NCBI GenBank assembly: GCA_937880335.1
Contig: CALFLJ010000104.1
Location: 1-57,158, forward strand
DNA: 57,158 nucleotides
Direction: 5' to 3'
DNA from: an uncultured Succinatimonas sp.
GTDB taxonomy: Bacteria > Pseudomonadota > Gammaproteobacteria > Enterobacterales > Succinivibrionaceae
Both the position numbers and the translations under genes were made by a program. A model generated the notes under the pieces. It saw only the letters and a program-made list of their open reading frames with translations. It had not been told where the DNA came from and ran no database searches. Below, piece after piece: positions 10,596 through 20,395 of this stretch; the stretch's first letter is position 1; each line of letters begins with the position of its first letter.

Positions 10596-11993
10596 ATGGC
10601 CTTGGAAATTGTAATATTAGCTGCAGGAAAGGGCACTCGGATGCGGTCTGATTTGCCTAAAGTTTTACACAAATTAGCAGGAAAACCTCTTTTATCTCAT
10701 GTCATAAATACTGCACTTAAACTTGAGCCTAAAGCAATACATATAGTAGTAGGGCATGGAGCTGACAAAGTTTCTAATTTGATCAATTCCATTGATAATA
10801 AAAATACTAAATTAAATATTGTCTTACAGAAAGATCAGTTAGGAACAGGACACGCAGTAATGCAAGCCCTACCAGATATAGATACAAATAGTACTGTATT
10901 AGTACTTTATGGTGATACCCCCCTCACACCTGAAAATTTACTTTTAAAACTTATTGAAAATGTTCAGGATAACCCTTTAAGCGTTCTTACAGCTATAACA
11001 GAAAATCCTTTTGGCTATGGCAGAATTGTAAGAAATAAAAATGGCAATCTTGACAGAATAGTTGAACAAAAAGATGCTTCTACTGATGAACTTAAAATAA
11101 AAGAGATAAATACAGGTATTCTTGTATCTAAAGCCCAAATCTTAAACGACTATCTACCTAAAATTAGTAACCAAAATAAACAAGGTGAATACTACCTTAC
11201 AGATCTTGCAGGACTTTTATCATCTGAGGGAAAAATAGTTAAAATCACAGTAGCAGATAAATTTGAGCTACTCTCTGGTGTAAACTCAAAATCTCAATTA
11301 GCCTATGTAGAAAGACTTTTCCAAAAAAATAATGCAGAAAGACTTATGGATGAAGGAGTAAGTTTTGCAGATCCTAACCGGTTTGATCTTAGAGGAGAAC
11401 TTCTTCATGGAAAAGACTGCTTTATCGATACAAATGTAATTATCGAAGGAAACGTAAAAATTGGTGACAGAGTTGTCATAGGATCTGGTTGCATAATTAA
11501 AGATTGTGAAATTGATAACGATACTATTTTATCTCCTTATACTGTCATGGAAGGAGCTAATTTAGGCAAAGGTACAACTGTAGGTCCATTTGCAAGGTTA
11601 AGAAAAGGCACAAATCTTAAAGATACTGTACATGTAGGCAACTTTGTTGAAGTTAAAAACTCAACCTTAGATATTGGAACCAAATCAGGACACCTATCAT
11701 ATTTAGGTGACGCTGTCATAGGAAAAAATGTGAACATTGGTGCAGGAACAATTACTTGCAACTATGATGGGGCTAATAAATTTAAAACCATAATAGGAGA
11801 TGATGTTTTTGTTGGTTCAGATACTCAACTTGTAGCTCCTGTTAATGTTCCTGACGATGTCACAATTGGAGCTGGCAGTACTATTACCCAAAGGATTGAT
11901 ATTCCCGCTTCTGCACTGGTATTTACCCGTGCAAAAGAAACCATTAAAGCAAATTATCAAAGACCTCAAAAAAATAAAGGAGTAAAGAAATAA
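10596..11993 (+). CDS. glmU: Bifunctional GlcNAc-1-P uridyltransferase/acetyltransferase
   Basis: ILAAGKGTRM, QLGTGHAV, hexapeptide repeats, NYDGANK; ATG 10596 after AAGGAG. Confidence 0.97.
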   Translation: MALEIVILAAGKGTRMRSDLPKVLHKLAGKPLLSHVINTALKLEPKAIHIVVGHGADKVSNLINSIDNKNTKLNIVLQKDQLGTGHAVMQALPDIDTNSTVLVLYGDTPLTPENLLLKLIENVQDNPLSVLTAITENPFGYGRIVRNKNGNLDRIVEQKDASTDELKIKEINTGILVSKAQILNDYLPKISNQNKQGEYYLTDLAGLLSSEGKIVKITVADKFELLSGVNSKSQLAYVERLFQKNNAERLMDEGVSFADPNRFDLRGELLHGKDCFIDTNVIIEGNVKIGDRVVIGSGCIIKDCEIDNDTILSPYTVMEGANLGKGTTVGPFARLRKGTNLKDTVHVGNFVEVKNSTLDIGTKSGHLSYLGDAVIGKNVNIGAGTITCNYDGANKFKTIIGDDVFVGSDTQLVAPVNVPDDVTIGAGSTITQRIDIPASALVFTRAKETIKANYQRPQKNKGVKK

Positions 11994-13822
11994 TGTGTGG
12001 AATCGTTGGCGCTACTGCGCAGAGAAATGTTGCTCCAATTCTTCTTGAGGGATTATCACGCTTAGAATATCGTGGTTATGATAGTGCAGGCATTTGTACT
12101 ATTAATAACCAAGCGTTTAACTGCTTAAAAACTACAGAAAAAGTAGCATCTTTAAAAGAAAAAGTTAAAACATTCAGCTGTCTTGGTTCATTAGGCATAG
12201 CTCATACACGTTGGGCTACTCATGGCATTCCATCTGAAAAAAATGCCCACCCTCATATTCATGAAAACCTTGCAATTGTACACAATGGTATTATTGAAAA
12301 CTTCAAAGAACTTAAGTCTCAACTTGAAAATTCAGGATATAGCTTTAAATCTGACACCGATACTGAAGTTTTGTTATGTCTAATTCATAGTCACCAAAAG
12401 GACAGTAAAAACTTACACGAGGCTTTAATAAAAGCTCTTAAAGAGGTTATTGGATCTTATGCTATTGCTCTTATAAACCTAAATGAACCAAATACTCTTT
12501 ATACAGCCCGCCGGGGCTCTCCTTTAGTAATAGGACTTGGTATTGGAGAGAATTTTATTGCATCTGATATCTTAGCCCTATTGCCTGTTACTCGTAATTT
12601 TATTTACTTAGATGAAAATGAAAATGCAATAATTACCCCTGAAAGCATTGATATTTTTGATCTAAGCCTAAATAAGATTCAAAAAAAACCAATTGAAGCA
12701 GAACTTGACGCAGAAAGTATCTCAAAAGGTCATTATGACCACTTTATGCAAAAGGAAATTTACGAACAACCAACCTCTATTCGTAATACCTTAGAAGGAC
12801 GTATTATTGATGGAGAAATAAGTTTAAATACAATAATTGGTCTTAAAAAGGACAGCTTTAAAGATATAGATAATATTCAGATTGTAGCCTGTGGAACATC
12901 TTATCATGCAGGTTTAGTTGGTAAATACTGGCTTGAAGAACTTACAAAAACATCTTGTAACGTAGATATTGCGTCAGAGTACCGTTATAGAAAAGCAATT
13001 GTTAGAAAAAATAGTCTGTTTGTTACAATATCTCAATCTGGCGAAACTGCAGATACTTTAGCAAGTTTGCGCCTAGCTAAAATGCAAGGATATAAAAATA
13101 CTTTATGTATTTGTAACGTAAATGCATCCTCACTGGTAAGAGAATCTGATTTTGCTTTACTTACTAGGGCTGGGGCTGAAATTGGTGTTGCATCAACAAA
13201 GGCCTTTACTACACAACTTTTAAGCATACTTTTACTTTCGTTATTAATTGCAAAACAAAAAAATTCCATAGATAAAAATAAAAATACTGAAACTATAGCA
13301 GCTATAAAAAATCTTCCTTATTTATGTGAAAAATTTTTGTCTTCAGATAAAAACATTGCAAATTTAGCAGAGGAATTTGCAGATAAAGAACATTGCCTAT
13401 TCCTTGGAAGAGGAGTTATGTTCCCAATTGCTCTTGAAGGGGCTTTAAAACTTAAGGAAATTAGTTATATACATGCTGAAGGATATGCTGCAGGAGAATT
13501 AAAGCATGGTCCTATTGCACTTATAGACCGTAACATGCCTGTTGTTGTAGTGGCTCCTGATAATGCTCTTATAGGTAAGCTTATTTCAAATATTGAAGAG
13601 GTAAGAGCTCGCGGTGGTCGTTTGTATATATTCAAATCATCTGATAATCAGGTAAAAGCTGATGATCAAAGTAGGATTGTTGCACTTCCTGACTGTCCTG
13701 AGATTTTACAACCTATCCTGTTTACTATCCCATTGCAACTTTTAGCTTACCACTGTGCAGTTATAAACGGAACTGATGTTGATCAACCTCGTAATCTAGC
13801 AAAATCTGTGACCGTTGAATAA
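11993..13822 (+). CDS. glmS: Glutamine-fructose-6-phosphate aminotransferase
   Basis: MCGIVG, RLEYRGYDSAG, SQSGETAD, PRNLAKSVTVE; TAATG overlap with glmU. Confidence 0.98.
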   Translation: MCGIVGATAQRNVAPILLEGLSRLEYRGYDSAGICTINNQAFNCLKTTEKVASLKEKVKTFSCLGSLGIAHTRWATHGIPSEKNAHPHIHENLAIVHNGIIENFKELKSQLENSGYSFKSDTDTEVLLCLIHSHQKDSKNLHEALIKALKEVIGSYAIALINLNEPNTLYTARRGSPLVIGLGIGENFIASDILALLPVTRNFIYLDENENAIITPESIDIFDLSLNKIQKKPIEAELDAESISKGHYDHFMQKEIYEQPTSIRNTLEGRIIDGEISLNTIIGLKKDSFKDIDNIQIVACGTSYHAGLVGKYWLEELTKTSCNVDIASEYRYRKAIVRKNSLFVTISQSGETADTLASLRLAKMQGYKNTLCICNVNASSLVRESDFALLTRAGAEIGVASTKAFTTQLLSILLLSLLIAKQKNSIDKNKNTETIAAIKNLPYLCEKFLSSDKNIANLAEEFADKEHCLFLGRGVMFPIALEGALKLKEISYIHAEGYAAGELKHGPIALIDRNMPVVVVAPDNALIGKLISNIEEVRARGGRLYIFKSSDNQVKADDQSRIVALPDCPEILQPILFTIPLQLLAYHCAVINGTDVDQPRNLAKSVTVE

Positions 13823-13849
13823 TTTTTAAAATTCAATATTTTGAGAATT

Positions 13850-13908
13850 AAGTCCCTTCCTCTAGAATTGATGATTTGCAATAATTCTAATTAAGGAAGG
13901 GACTTTTT
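13850..13908 (+). terminator. Long hairpin with U-tract after glmS
   Basis: AAGTCCCTTCCT (13850-61) pairs with AGGAAGGGACTT (13894-905); inner TAGAATT/AATTCTA; followed by T run. Confidence 0.7.
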
Positions 13909-13919
13909 CCCTTAAATTG

Positions 13920-15794
13920 ATGAATACAAACAATCAAACTATGAGGCCCCCGCTTCCAACATTAGGCGAAAAAATATTTTACGGTTGTGGTGCTTTTGGA
14001 AAAGAAATCCTTTACATAATGGTAATGGGCTTCTATTTGTTATACCTTTACTCTGAAGTAAAACTACCTTTAAGCTTTATCACTATCCTATTTTTTAGCA
14101 TTCGAATCCTGGATGCTTTTGATGATCTTATTACTGGCTGGTTTATAGATAAAAATAAACCCCATCTAGGCAAATTTAAGGCACCTCTCTTAATAGGAGG
14201 AATTTCTTCCGCTATATTTGCCATTGCTATGTTTAATGTTCCTGATATATCTTTATTAGGAAAATGCATTTATGTATTAATTACGCATTTCTCATTTACG
14301 CTATCTTTTTCCCTTTATGAAATTGCTTTTTTAAGTATGATTCCTAGTTTTAGTACAGAATCAGAAACAAGAGAAATAATGTCAGCAATTCCAAGGGCTG
14401 GGGCTGTTATTGGAAGCAATTTGTGTTTACTATTAAGTTTACCCTTTATGCACTATATATATAACAATCTAGGATTTGAAGATTTTCATTTTTGTATCTA
14501 TTCTCTATTTATATCTTTTATATTCTTAATCACCACCGTAGTACTAATTATAGGTGTAAAGGATAGAGGATTAAAATCACAGTCAACTCTGAAAATAAAA
14601 CAATTGCCTGATCTTATATTAGGCAATAATCAACTTCTAGTTATTTCCGGAATAAGCTTTATACAACAACTTATAATCGGAATAGTAAATAGTACTATCA
14701 TTATCTTTTTATTGCCTAAACAAAATGGAATTAGCGAATTTTCAACTTTTCTTTTAGTAGGATTATTTGGGCAAATCCTGGGTTTTATAGTCTTCAAAAA
14801 AAGTTGCAGTCTTTTGGGGCGAAAAAGAATATTAATCATTTCCTGTCTTCTAATGGCCTTAGGTTATACAGGAATGTTTTTCTCTGATCCAAACTCAGGA
14901 CAGATTTTAAACATATTCATATCAAGCTTTTTAATCGCATCATTTGGTATTTCATGGTCTTTAGTTTTAACCTTGGTAATGAGTGCTGACTGTGTTGATT
15001 TTGGTGAATTTAAAAAATCATATAGGACAGAGGGTTTAGTCTACGCTGTACAAAATAGCGCCGCAAAACTAGGATTTACATTTGCAATGTTATTATCAGG
15101 GGCAACTTTTAATATGTCTGCGGTCCTTTTTAGTGGCCTGCAGTCTCAACTACATCTATATTCAATAAAATTAACTTTATTTATAGTTTTACTTTTAGTT
15201 GTTTTACTTATTTTACTTTATACAAAATCCTATCGCTTACATGGAACATTTTTCCAAAATGTTCTAAATTCTTTAGAGCAGTTTAAAACCTATGATAAAG
15301 AAAAGCAGTATGCAACATCTTTAACTAAACGGCCTTTAAGGTATGCACTAGAAACTGAAGCTGTTATTTGTAAACTAGAAGCATCTAATATCCAAGATGC
15401 ATTAGACAAATTATGTGATCGTTTAGTTGCAGTCTCTGCTATAACATCAAAACATGAATTTCTAAATTTATTGTATAAAAAAATAGCTTTAGCTCCTTGT
15501 GGTATTGCTGAAGGGATTGCCATACCTCACGCTTCCGGAAATTGCGTAAAAAGAGTTGCAATTGCTATGGCAACGTTAAAAAAACCTTTAGATTTTGGAG
15601 CCCCAGATAGCCAAAAATGCGATCTGGTATTTATGATTGCAACTCCAAAAGATCACTACTCACACATAAGTATATTAGGGCAGCTTTCCATTATTCTTAA
15701 TATTAGAGGATTTGCAGGAAAACTAAGATCTTCAGGCTCTGCAAAAGAAATAATTGACAGGATTTTAAAATGCGAAAAACAATTAAAAGACTAA
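13920..15794 (+). CDS. MelB-like (GPH family) MFS sugar:cation symporter fused to a C-terminal Fru/Ntr-type PTS EIIA domain
   Basis: YGCGAFGKE, RILDAFDDLITG, ADCVDFGE...RTEG and about 12 hydrophobic helices; the last ~150 aa contain GIAEGIAIPHA and LDFGAPD..CDLVFMIA. Confidence 0.88.
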   Translation: MNTNNQTMRPPLPTLGEKIFYGCGAFGKEILYIMVMGFYLLYLYSEVKLPLSFITILFFSIRILDAFDDLITGWFIDKNKPHLGKFKAPLLIGGISSAIFAIAMFNVPDISLLGKCIYVLITHFSFTLSFSLYEIAFLSMIPSFSTESETREIMSAIPRAGAVIGSNLCLLLSLPFMHYIYNNLGFEDFHFCIYSLFISFIFLITTVVLIIGVKDRGLKSQSTLKIKQLPDLILGNNQLLVISGISFIQQLIIGIVNSTIIIFLLPKQNGISEFSTFLLVGLFGQILGFIVFKKSCSLLGRKRILIISCLLMALGYTGMFFSDPNSGQILNIFISSFLIASFGISWSLVLTLVMSADCVDFGEFKKSYRTEGLVYAVQNSAAKLGFTFAMLLSGATFNMSAVLFSGLQSQLHLYSIKLTLFIVLLLVVLLILLYTKSYRLHGTFFQNVLNSLEQFKTYDKEKQYATSLTKRPLRYALETEAVICKLEASNIQDALDKLCDRLVAVSAITSKHEFLNLLYKKIALAPCGIAEGIAIPHASGNCVKRVAIAMATLKKPLDFGAPDSQKCDLVFMIATPKDHYSHISILGQLSIILNIRGFAGKLRSSGSAKEIIDRILKCEKQLKD

Positions 15795-16528
15795 TTGCCA
15801 TAATTTGCCTGATAATTTTTTGTCCTTCTTTAAAAGCTCAAGACTTGACTGTTTGCGCAGTACCTCAAACTTATAATGCTCTTGAGCAATTAAAACAAAT
15901 CTCACCTATAAGATTTAATTCCTTTTACGCTGTTCCTTCAGAAATTTTCTCTAGAATATCAAATAACAATGGAATTTGTGATCTTATAATATCAAGTGAT
16001 GAAAAATTACCAATTTTACTTATCAGATCAAATTTAGCTGCTTTTGGTAATAAAAGGGCTCTAGTAAAAGCCCCCCTAGTACTATGGTCTAAAAATCCTG
16101 ATCTATTAAGCGAGGACGCTAGTGTTGTAAAAAAAGAGCAGTTAAAATCAATTTCAATTCCAGATGCAAGGTTAACTCCAGTAGGATTTGCAGCTCATGA
16201 AGTAGCTTCACAGAAAGACTTTCCAACAAATTATTTAAAAACAAAGGGAAGAATCTACCGTGCTTCACATGAATACGCTGTATTTGCCATGGTTGACAGC
16301 ACCTATGTTCAAACTGGATTTCTGACTAAGCCTTTAATTATGAAAGATGGTCACACCTTGGGATCTTACTGGCAAATCCCAAGCAACTTGTATCCAGAGA
16401 TTATTTACTATTCTGTTATAAGTGCACATGGTGAAAAAAGTAAAGATAGCAAGGCCTTAGTTAAATTTCTACACGAAAATAATCAGTCTTTAGAATGCTT
16501 TATTAAGCAAGGATTTGATCCTCTTTAA
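15770..16528 (+). CDS. Periplasmic ModA-like substrate-binding protein (divergent)
   Basis: Signal peptide; DLIISSDEK, LVLWS, SIPDARLTPVGFAA and EIIY pattern recall ModA; overlaps the upstream gene. Confidence 0.7.
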   Translation: MRKTIKRLIAIICLIIFCPSLKAQDLTVCAVPQTYNALEQLKQISPIRFNSFYAVPSEIFSRISNNNGICDLIISSDEKLPILLIRSNLAAFGNKRALVKAPLVLWSKNPDLLSEDASVVKKEQLKSISIPDARLTPVGFAAHEVASQKDFPTNYLKTKGRIYRASHEYAVFAMVDSTYVQTGFLTKPLIMKDGHTLGSYWQIPSNLYPEIIYYSVISAHGEKSKDSKALVKFLHENNQSLECFIKQGFDPL

Positions 16529-16553
16529 TAAATTATTTACTTTAATTTCAAGT

Positions 16554-17279
16554 TTATAACTGTATGCAGTCAAAACGACAAGCTTTACCATCAACCTGAT
16601 AGGTAAAAGGCAAAATTGGCTCTGCATTAGCAGGTCTCTTTATGACTAACCTTACTTTTGCTACACTTTTCAAATATTCAGCATAACTAAAATTGTCCTC
16701 ATCAAATCCCACAATCTCATGAAAGATCTGCATTTCTTTTTTTACTTGAGCTGACTTTTGTCTTTGAGGGAACATTGGATCATAATAAATTACATCTGCA
16801 TCAAAATCTTTATGCAAGGATTTATAATCCTTAAGCGATCCATAAGGCATAAGTGTAGGCAATCCATTAGGCAAACATGAAAGAAAAGAAGAATCTTCAA
16901 AGGCTCTTCTTAAGGCATCTTGAAGTAAAATATAAATAATAGGATTGCGCTCAAACATTTTTACATTAGCACCTGCACTTTGAAGGATCAGAGCATCTCT
17001 ACCCAAACCTGCAGTAGCATCAATCACATCAGGCTTTTTTAGTTTACCTATAACAGCTCGAGCTATACTTTCAGATTTTTTCCCCCCTCGCGAGAGCCTC
17101 TGTCTATAAATATTTAAATCAATATAAAAAGGACTAAATCTCCCCTCATTATCAGTAAGCTCTATTATGTCTGAACATTTTAAGGTAAAGCCCTTTAAAT
17201 CAAACAAGGAGATATAAGGTAGAAGTTCCTTTACCTTATATTTCAATGGGCAATTATCATTAACTTGAAGATTAATCAT
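16554..17279 (-). CDS. rsmJ: 16S rRNA m2G1516 methyltransferase
   Basis: DATAGLGRDA, YYDPMFP, KSAQVKKEM, VIKRP; TAATG coupling to aroE favours start 17279. Confidence 0.92.
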   Translation of the reverse strand: MINLQVNDNCPLKYKVKELLPYISLFDLKGFTLKCSDIIELTDNEGRFSPFYIDLNIYRQRLSRGGKKSESIARAVIGKLKKPDVIDATAGLGRDALILQSAGANVKMFERNPIIYILLQDALRRAFEDSSFLSCLPNGLPTLMPYGSLKDYKSLHKDFDADVIYYDPMFPQRQKSAQVKKEMQIFHEIVGFDEDNFSYAEYLKSVAKVRLVIKRPANAEPILPFTYQVDGKACRFDCIQL

Positions 17280-18094
17280 TAGCGTCCACAAACTTTTGAA
17301 AAATGCTCGTAAGCTAAAGGCAGATCTGGCTTAACCCCACGCCAAAGCTCAAAACTTAATGCAGCTTGACCTAGGAGCATACCAAATCCATCAAAACAAT
17401 TTAAAACCCCCAATCTTTTCCCTTCCTCAACGAATCTAGTTTTACCTTTTGGACTATACATCAAATCATAAATACATTGGCTGGCGGATAGAACCTCTGA
17501 GCTTACGGGTGGTAAAACACCTTGAAGGCTAGACGATGTTGCATTAATTATCAAATCATAATCAGGCTTTAGAGAACTATAAAGCACCACCTTAATCTCA
17601 GGATGCATCTTTGCTAAATCAAAGGCTTTAAGTTCATTACGATTAACAACACTTATTGATTTTGGCTGTCTTTCTAATAATGGCAAAATTATCCCTCGTG
17701 CTGCACCACCTGCACCTATGATTAGAATCCTTTTCCCATAAAGGTTATAACCGATACGATCAAAATCAGCAATTAACCCGCGCCCGTCGGTGTTATCACC
17801 AAAGATTGAACCATCAGACAACTTCTTTAATGTATTAACCGCTCCTGCGGCTTTTGCATAAGTACTTAAATTATCTGCAAAATTATACGCATCAATCTTG
17901 CATGGGACGGTAATATTACAACCACTTCCTCCCTCTAAAAAAAAATTAGAGGCTTTCTGTGCAAATGTATTGTACTCAACTAAAAGACGGTCATAATGTA
18001 AATTCTGATCGTAAAGTTCTGCAAAATAATTTTGAATTGCAGGAGACATTGAATGAGAAACAGGATTTCCCATAATGACATACTTATCTGTCAT
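17279..18094 (-). CDS. aroE: Shikimate dehydrogenase
   Basis: GNPVSHSMSP, NITVPCK, AVNT, NTDG, GAGGAA. Confidence 0.96.
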   Translation of the reverse strand: MTDKYVIMGNPVSHSMSPAIQNYFAELYDQNLHYDRLLVEYNTFAQKASNFFLEGGSGCNITVPCKIDAYNFADNLSTYAKAAGAVNTLKKLSDGSIFGDNTDGRGLIADFDRIGYNLYGKRILIIGAGGAARGIILPLLERQPKSISVVNRNELKAFDLAKMHPEIKVVLYSSLKPDYDLIINATSSSLQGVLPPVSSEVLSASQCIYDLMYSPKGKTRFVEEGKRLGVLNCFDGFGMLLGQAALSFELWRGVKPDLPLAYEHFSKVCGR

Positions 18095-18684
18095 AAAAAT
18101 TCCTTAAATCCAGGTCCTGTACGTATTAAGCGCTCTAATATACAATCGTAAATTGATGTAGGAGCGAACTGACCTCCACATGGCAAATCTAAGACTAAAT
18201 CAACCCCTGCAATAATCTCAGGATCAAGCAAAGAAAGCTCTGATACAGCATTTTGTCCCGAAATATTTGCGCTTGTAGATATAAGGGGTCTACCTAAGCT
18301 GTCACACAAGTTAACAAAAGCTGAAAATGAACTTATTCTAAAGGCCATAGTATGATCAGAACGTACAGCATAAGACTTAAAAGATTTTACACTAGGAACA
18401 ATAAAAGTATGAGGACCTGGCCAATTTAAGTTCATAAGGTAAAGGGCTCTCTTAGATAACTTAGTAAAATCAGCGTGTTCCTTTAAAAATTTATCATTAC
18501 CGTCAACTAAAATTAAGCCTTTAGCAGAATCCCTTTTCTTTAGCCTAATAATACGTTCTATTGCCTTTTGATTGTTGACGTCACAACTTAATCCGTAAAC
18601 ACCTTCAGATGGACAAACAATAATGCCTCCTGCGTTCAAAACAGAGGAGGCGTAGTCAAGATCCTTGGTATAAGGAGTAGCCAT
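18091..18684 (-). CDS. tsaC: Threonylcarbamoyl-AMP synthase (YrdC/Sua5)
   Basis: PSEGVYGL, KKRDSAKGL, WPGP, STSANISG; upstream of aroE. Confidence 0.93.
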   Translation of the reverse strand: MATPYTKDLDYASSVLNAGGIIVCPSEGVYGLSCDVNNQKAIERIIRLKKRDSAKGLILVDGNDKFLKEHADFTKLSKRALYLMNLNWPGPHTFIVPSVKSFKSYAVRSDHTMAFRISSFSAFVNLCDSLGRPLISTSANISGQNAVSELSLLDPEIIAGVDLVLDLPCGGQFAPTSIYDCILERLIRTGPGFKEFL

Positions 18685-19190
18685 TAAGCTTCCCCAGCTA
18701 ATTTCTTTTGTAAAGCCTCATTTTTAGCCAAAACTTCCTCGCTTGCTTTTTTACGGTCAGCTTTTACCAATGCGTCTAAAGCAGGATCTGTTAAAGCCAT
18801 AATCTGAGCTGCAAGATAAGCTGCATTCTTAGCACCAGCCTTACCAACTGCAACACAAGCAACTGGAATTCCTCCTGGCATCTGAACTGTGGAATAAAGA
18901 GCATCAATGCCAGATAAAGGACCGCCGTCACAAGGGATACCAATTACCGGCCGAGTTGTGCGAGCTGCAATTGCTCCTGCAAGGTGAGCGGCTAAACCTG
19001 CAGCTCCAATAAAAACTTTACAGCCTCTATTTTCAGCATCAGTCACATAAGCTGAAACTTCATCAGGAGTACGGTGAGCAGAGTATACTTTAGCCTCATA
19101 GCGTATATTGAAGCTCTTTAAAACAGACATAGTATTCTCTAAAAGAGGTAAATCTGAATCTGACCCCATTAAAATTGATACAAAAGACAT
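18684..19190 (-). CDS. purE: N5-CAIR mutase / AIR carboxylase
   Basis: MGSDSD, SAHRTP, AAHLAG, STVQMPGGIPVA. Confidence 0.96.
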   Translation of the reverse strand: MSFVSILMGSDSDLPLLENTMSVLKSFNIRYEAKVYSAHRTPDEVSAYVTDAENRGCKVFIGAAGLAAHLAGAIAARTTRPVIGIPCDGGPLSGIDALYSTVQMPGGIPVACVAVGKAGAKNAAYLAAQIMALTDPALDALVKADRKKASEEVLAKNEALQKKLAGEA

Positions 19191-19231
19191 GTTTTCTCCT
19201 AAAAAATAAATTTACTGAAATTTTATCACTA

Positions 19232-19786
19232 TTATGACTTTTTAGTGGGAGCTTTTTTTCGCCTCAATCTTGTCTCACAAAGAGGATTTCCACAAACAAG
19301 CTTTACTCCTTTTGTTGTTTTTTTCTCAAATTTTACAGCAAATCCACATATTTCACATGTCTCACTTTTAGGTCTGCCTGCTAAAGTATAATCACAATTA
19401 GGATAACGGTTACAAGCGTAAAAAATTCGTCCTGATTTTGTTGATCTTTTTTGCAATAAACCTTTACGACATATAGGACAATGAATATTTTCCTCTGTAT
19501 GTCTTTCTGCTACAAAATTACATTTAGGATAATTGGAGCAACCTATAAAAATACCATAACGACCCTTTTTAACCTCAAGAATACTCCCACATTTTGGGCA
19601 AGGCACATCAAGTTGCATTATTACAGTTATAGAATGAGAACTTGCAATTGGCCTCATAAAAGAGCAATCAGGAAAACTTGAACAACCTAAGAAATCACCT
19701 CTTTCAGAATGTCTTATGACTAAATTTTGCCCACACAAAGGACAAGGATCTCCTTCTTTTAAAATTTTTTCATCTAGATCATTCAT
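19232..19786 (-). CDS. yrdD: Topoisomerase I C4 zinc-ribbon repeat protein
   Basis: Repeated CPxCG...GCSxYPxC modules; conserved position upstream of purE/tsaC. Confidence 0.85.
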   Translation of the reverse strand: MNDLDEKILKEGDPCPLCGQNLVIRHSERGDFLGCSSFPDCSFMRPIASSHSITVIMQLDVPCPKCGSILEVKKGRYGIFIGCSNYPKCNFVAERHTEENIHCPICRKGLLQKRSTKSGRIFYACNRYPNCDYTLAGRPKSETCEICGFAVKFEKKTTKGVKLVCGNPLCETRLRRKKAPTKKS

Positions 19787-19866
19787 AAATAAATACCCAT
19801 AAATTGCTTTATAAAAATAAGCATTTAAAAATGTTAAAATTAGTAATAAATATTTAGAGGAATAAT

Positions 19867-20385
19867 ATGTCTATACGTAATGTTGTAATCTACCCTAGTG
19901 AAATTTTAAGAAAACCTAATATTGACGTCACGGTTTTTGATAAAAATTTAAAAGATCTCTGCCAAGATATGTTCGATACAATGTATGAAAACGAAGGAAT
20001 TGGCTTAGCAGCTCCACAAATTGGAATTAATAAAAATATTGTTGTAATTGATATTCCTGATAATGACGACGATCAGGGTAAAAATCAATTAATACTAATA
20101 AACCCTAAAATCACAAAACTTTCAGGAGAGCTATGTGATTCTCAAGAGGGATGTCTTTCAGTCCCTGGATATCAAGATACTGTCAAACGCTATCCTATAT
20201 GTTCTATTGAATTTTTTGATATCAATGGACAAAAACAAGTTATGGAAGATGTAAGTGGTTTACTCGCAATTTGCTTACAACATGAAACAGATCATTTAAA
20301 AGGCATTGTATTTGTAGATAAACTATCAAGACTAAAACAAGAACGCTTACAAAAAAAATATAAGAAAATATTAAAAGAATTATAG
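19867..20385 (+). CDS. def: Peptide deformylase
   Basis: GIGLAAPQ, EGCLS, HETDH. Confidence 0.97.
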   Translation: MSIRNVVIYPSEILRKPNIDVTVFDKNLKDLCQDMFDTMYENEGIGLAAPQIGINKNIVVIDIPDNDDDQGKNQLILINPKITKLSGELCDSQEGCLSVPGYQDTVKRYPICSIEFFDINGQKQVMEDVSGLLAICLQHETDHLKGIVFVDKLSRLKQERLQKKYKKILKEL

Positions 20386-20395
20386 GCTCAAAATA

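Noticed and set aside
13790..13860. Tn7-like element at the glmS attachment site
   Set aside because: The conserved glmS 3' end is present, but no transposon ends or tns genes follow; the site appears empty
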